From Takakia lepidozioides (taxonomy: Eukaryota; Plantae; Bryophyta): a stretch of DNA of 64,000 nt. Below, in pieces: positions 63,901 to 64,000 of this stretch (position 1 is the first letter of the stretch; each line of letters opens with the position of its first letter). Where the stretch lies: NCBI GenBank assembly GCA_030704615.1, contig CM060734.1:39804001-39868000 (forward strand), written 5' to 3'. The notes beneath the pieces were generated by a model. That model did not search any database. It was not told the origin of the DNA and saw only the letters and a program-made list of their open reading frames with translations. A program made the position numbers and the translations under genes.

Positions 63901-64000
63901 ATGTCACGGTGAAGTATTTTGCCACGCAGCCCAAGTTGTCCCCAAAACAACTTAGGTGGCAAGATACTTTGGCAGTGTTCGACGTGGATATCCAGTACAA
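60972..64000 (+). pseudogene. gag-pol with frameshifts
   Basis: Gag (PGTFEG...WL...EQYF), zinc knuckle CFNCGEPGHMAKKC, protease LVDIGASHSF, frameshifts at about 62580-62740, RT ([23 protein letters not shown]), RNase H (TDASDF, HEKE, VFTD). Confidence 0.92.

Larger units (their letters stand above)
60194..64000 (+). mobile_element. Ty3/Gypsy LTR retrotransposon, continues beyond the window
   Basis: 5' LTR, PBS, then gag-PR-RT-RNaseH order. Confidence 0.95.

Overview
Eukaryotic nuclear DNA, most likely from a non-seed land plant (bryophyte, lycophyte or fern; inferred from PLS-class PPRs, an RTE-X-like LINE and GT-AG introns). Only two ordinary host genes look intact: an 11-exon ABC1K4-like ABC1/UbiB kinase (9674-20149, +) and an intronless SUT4-type sucrose transporter (40189-41802, -). 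Most of the rest is nested mobile DNA. The standouts are three. (1) A family of Helentron/HLE2-like rolling-circle elements, two of them head-to-tail, recognised by a CTAGCGACGA/TCGTCGCTAG subterminal inverted repeat and GNA-triloop hairpins. They carry PLS-PPR, NSN1-GTPase and nodulin-MFS fragments. (2) An intact, intronless 244-aa ORF resembling a phage T7 gp2.5/DUF2815-type ssDNA-binding protein, about 280 bp from one such element's 3' end. (3) A decayed, intron-containing gene joining a ParB/Srx-like domain to a beta-class N6A/N4C DNA methyltransferase (52759-56853, -), with an array of 18-26 bp GC palindromes upstream. Also present are Harbinger, hAT and other MITE-like elements, tRNA-like SINEs, LINE fragments, an OTU protease relic, an inverted SUT pseudogene and a Ty3/Gypsy element running off the right end. 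All family assignments come from motif recognition by eye; no searches were run.
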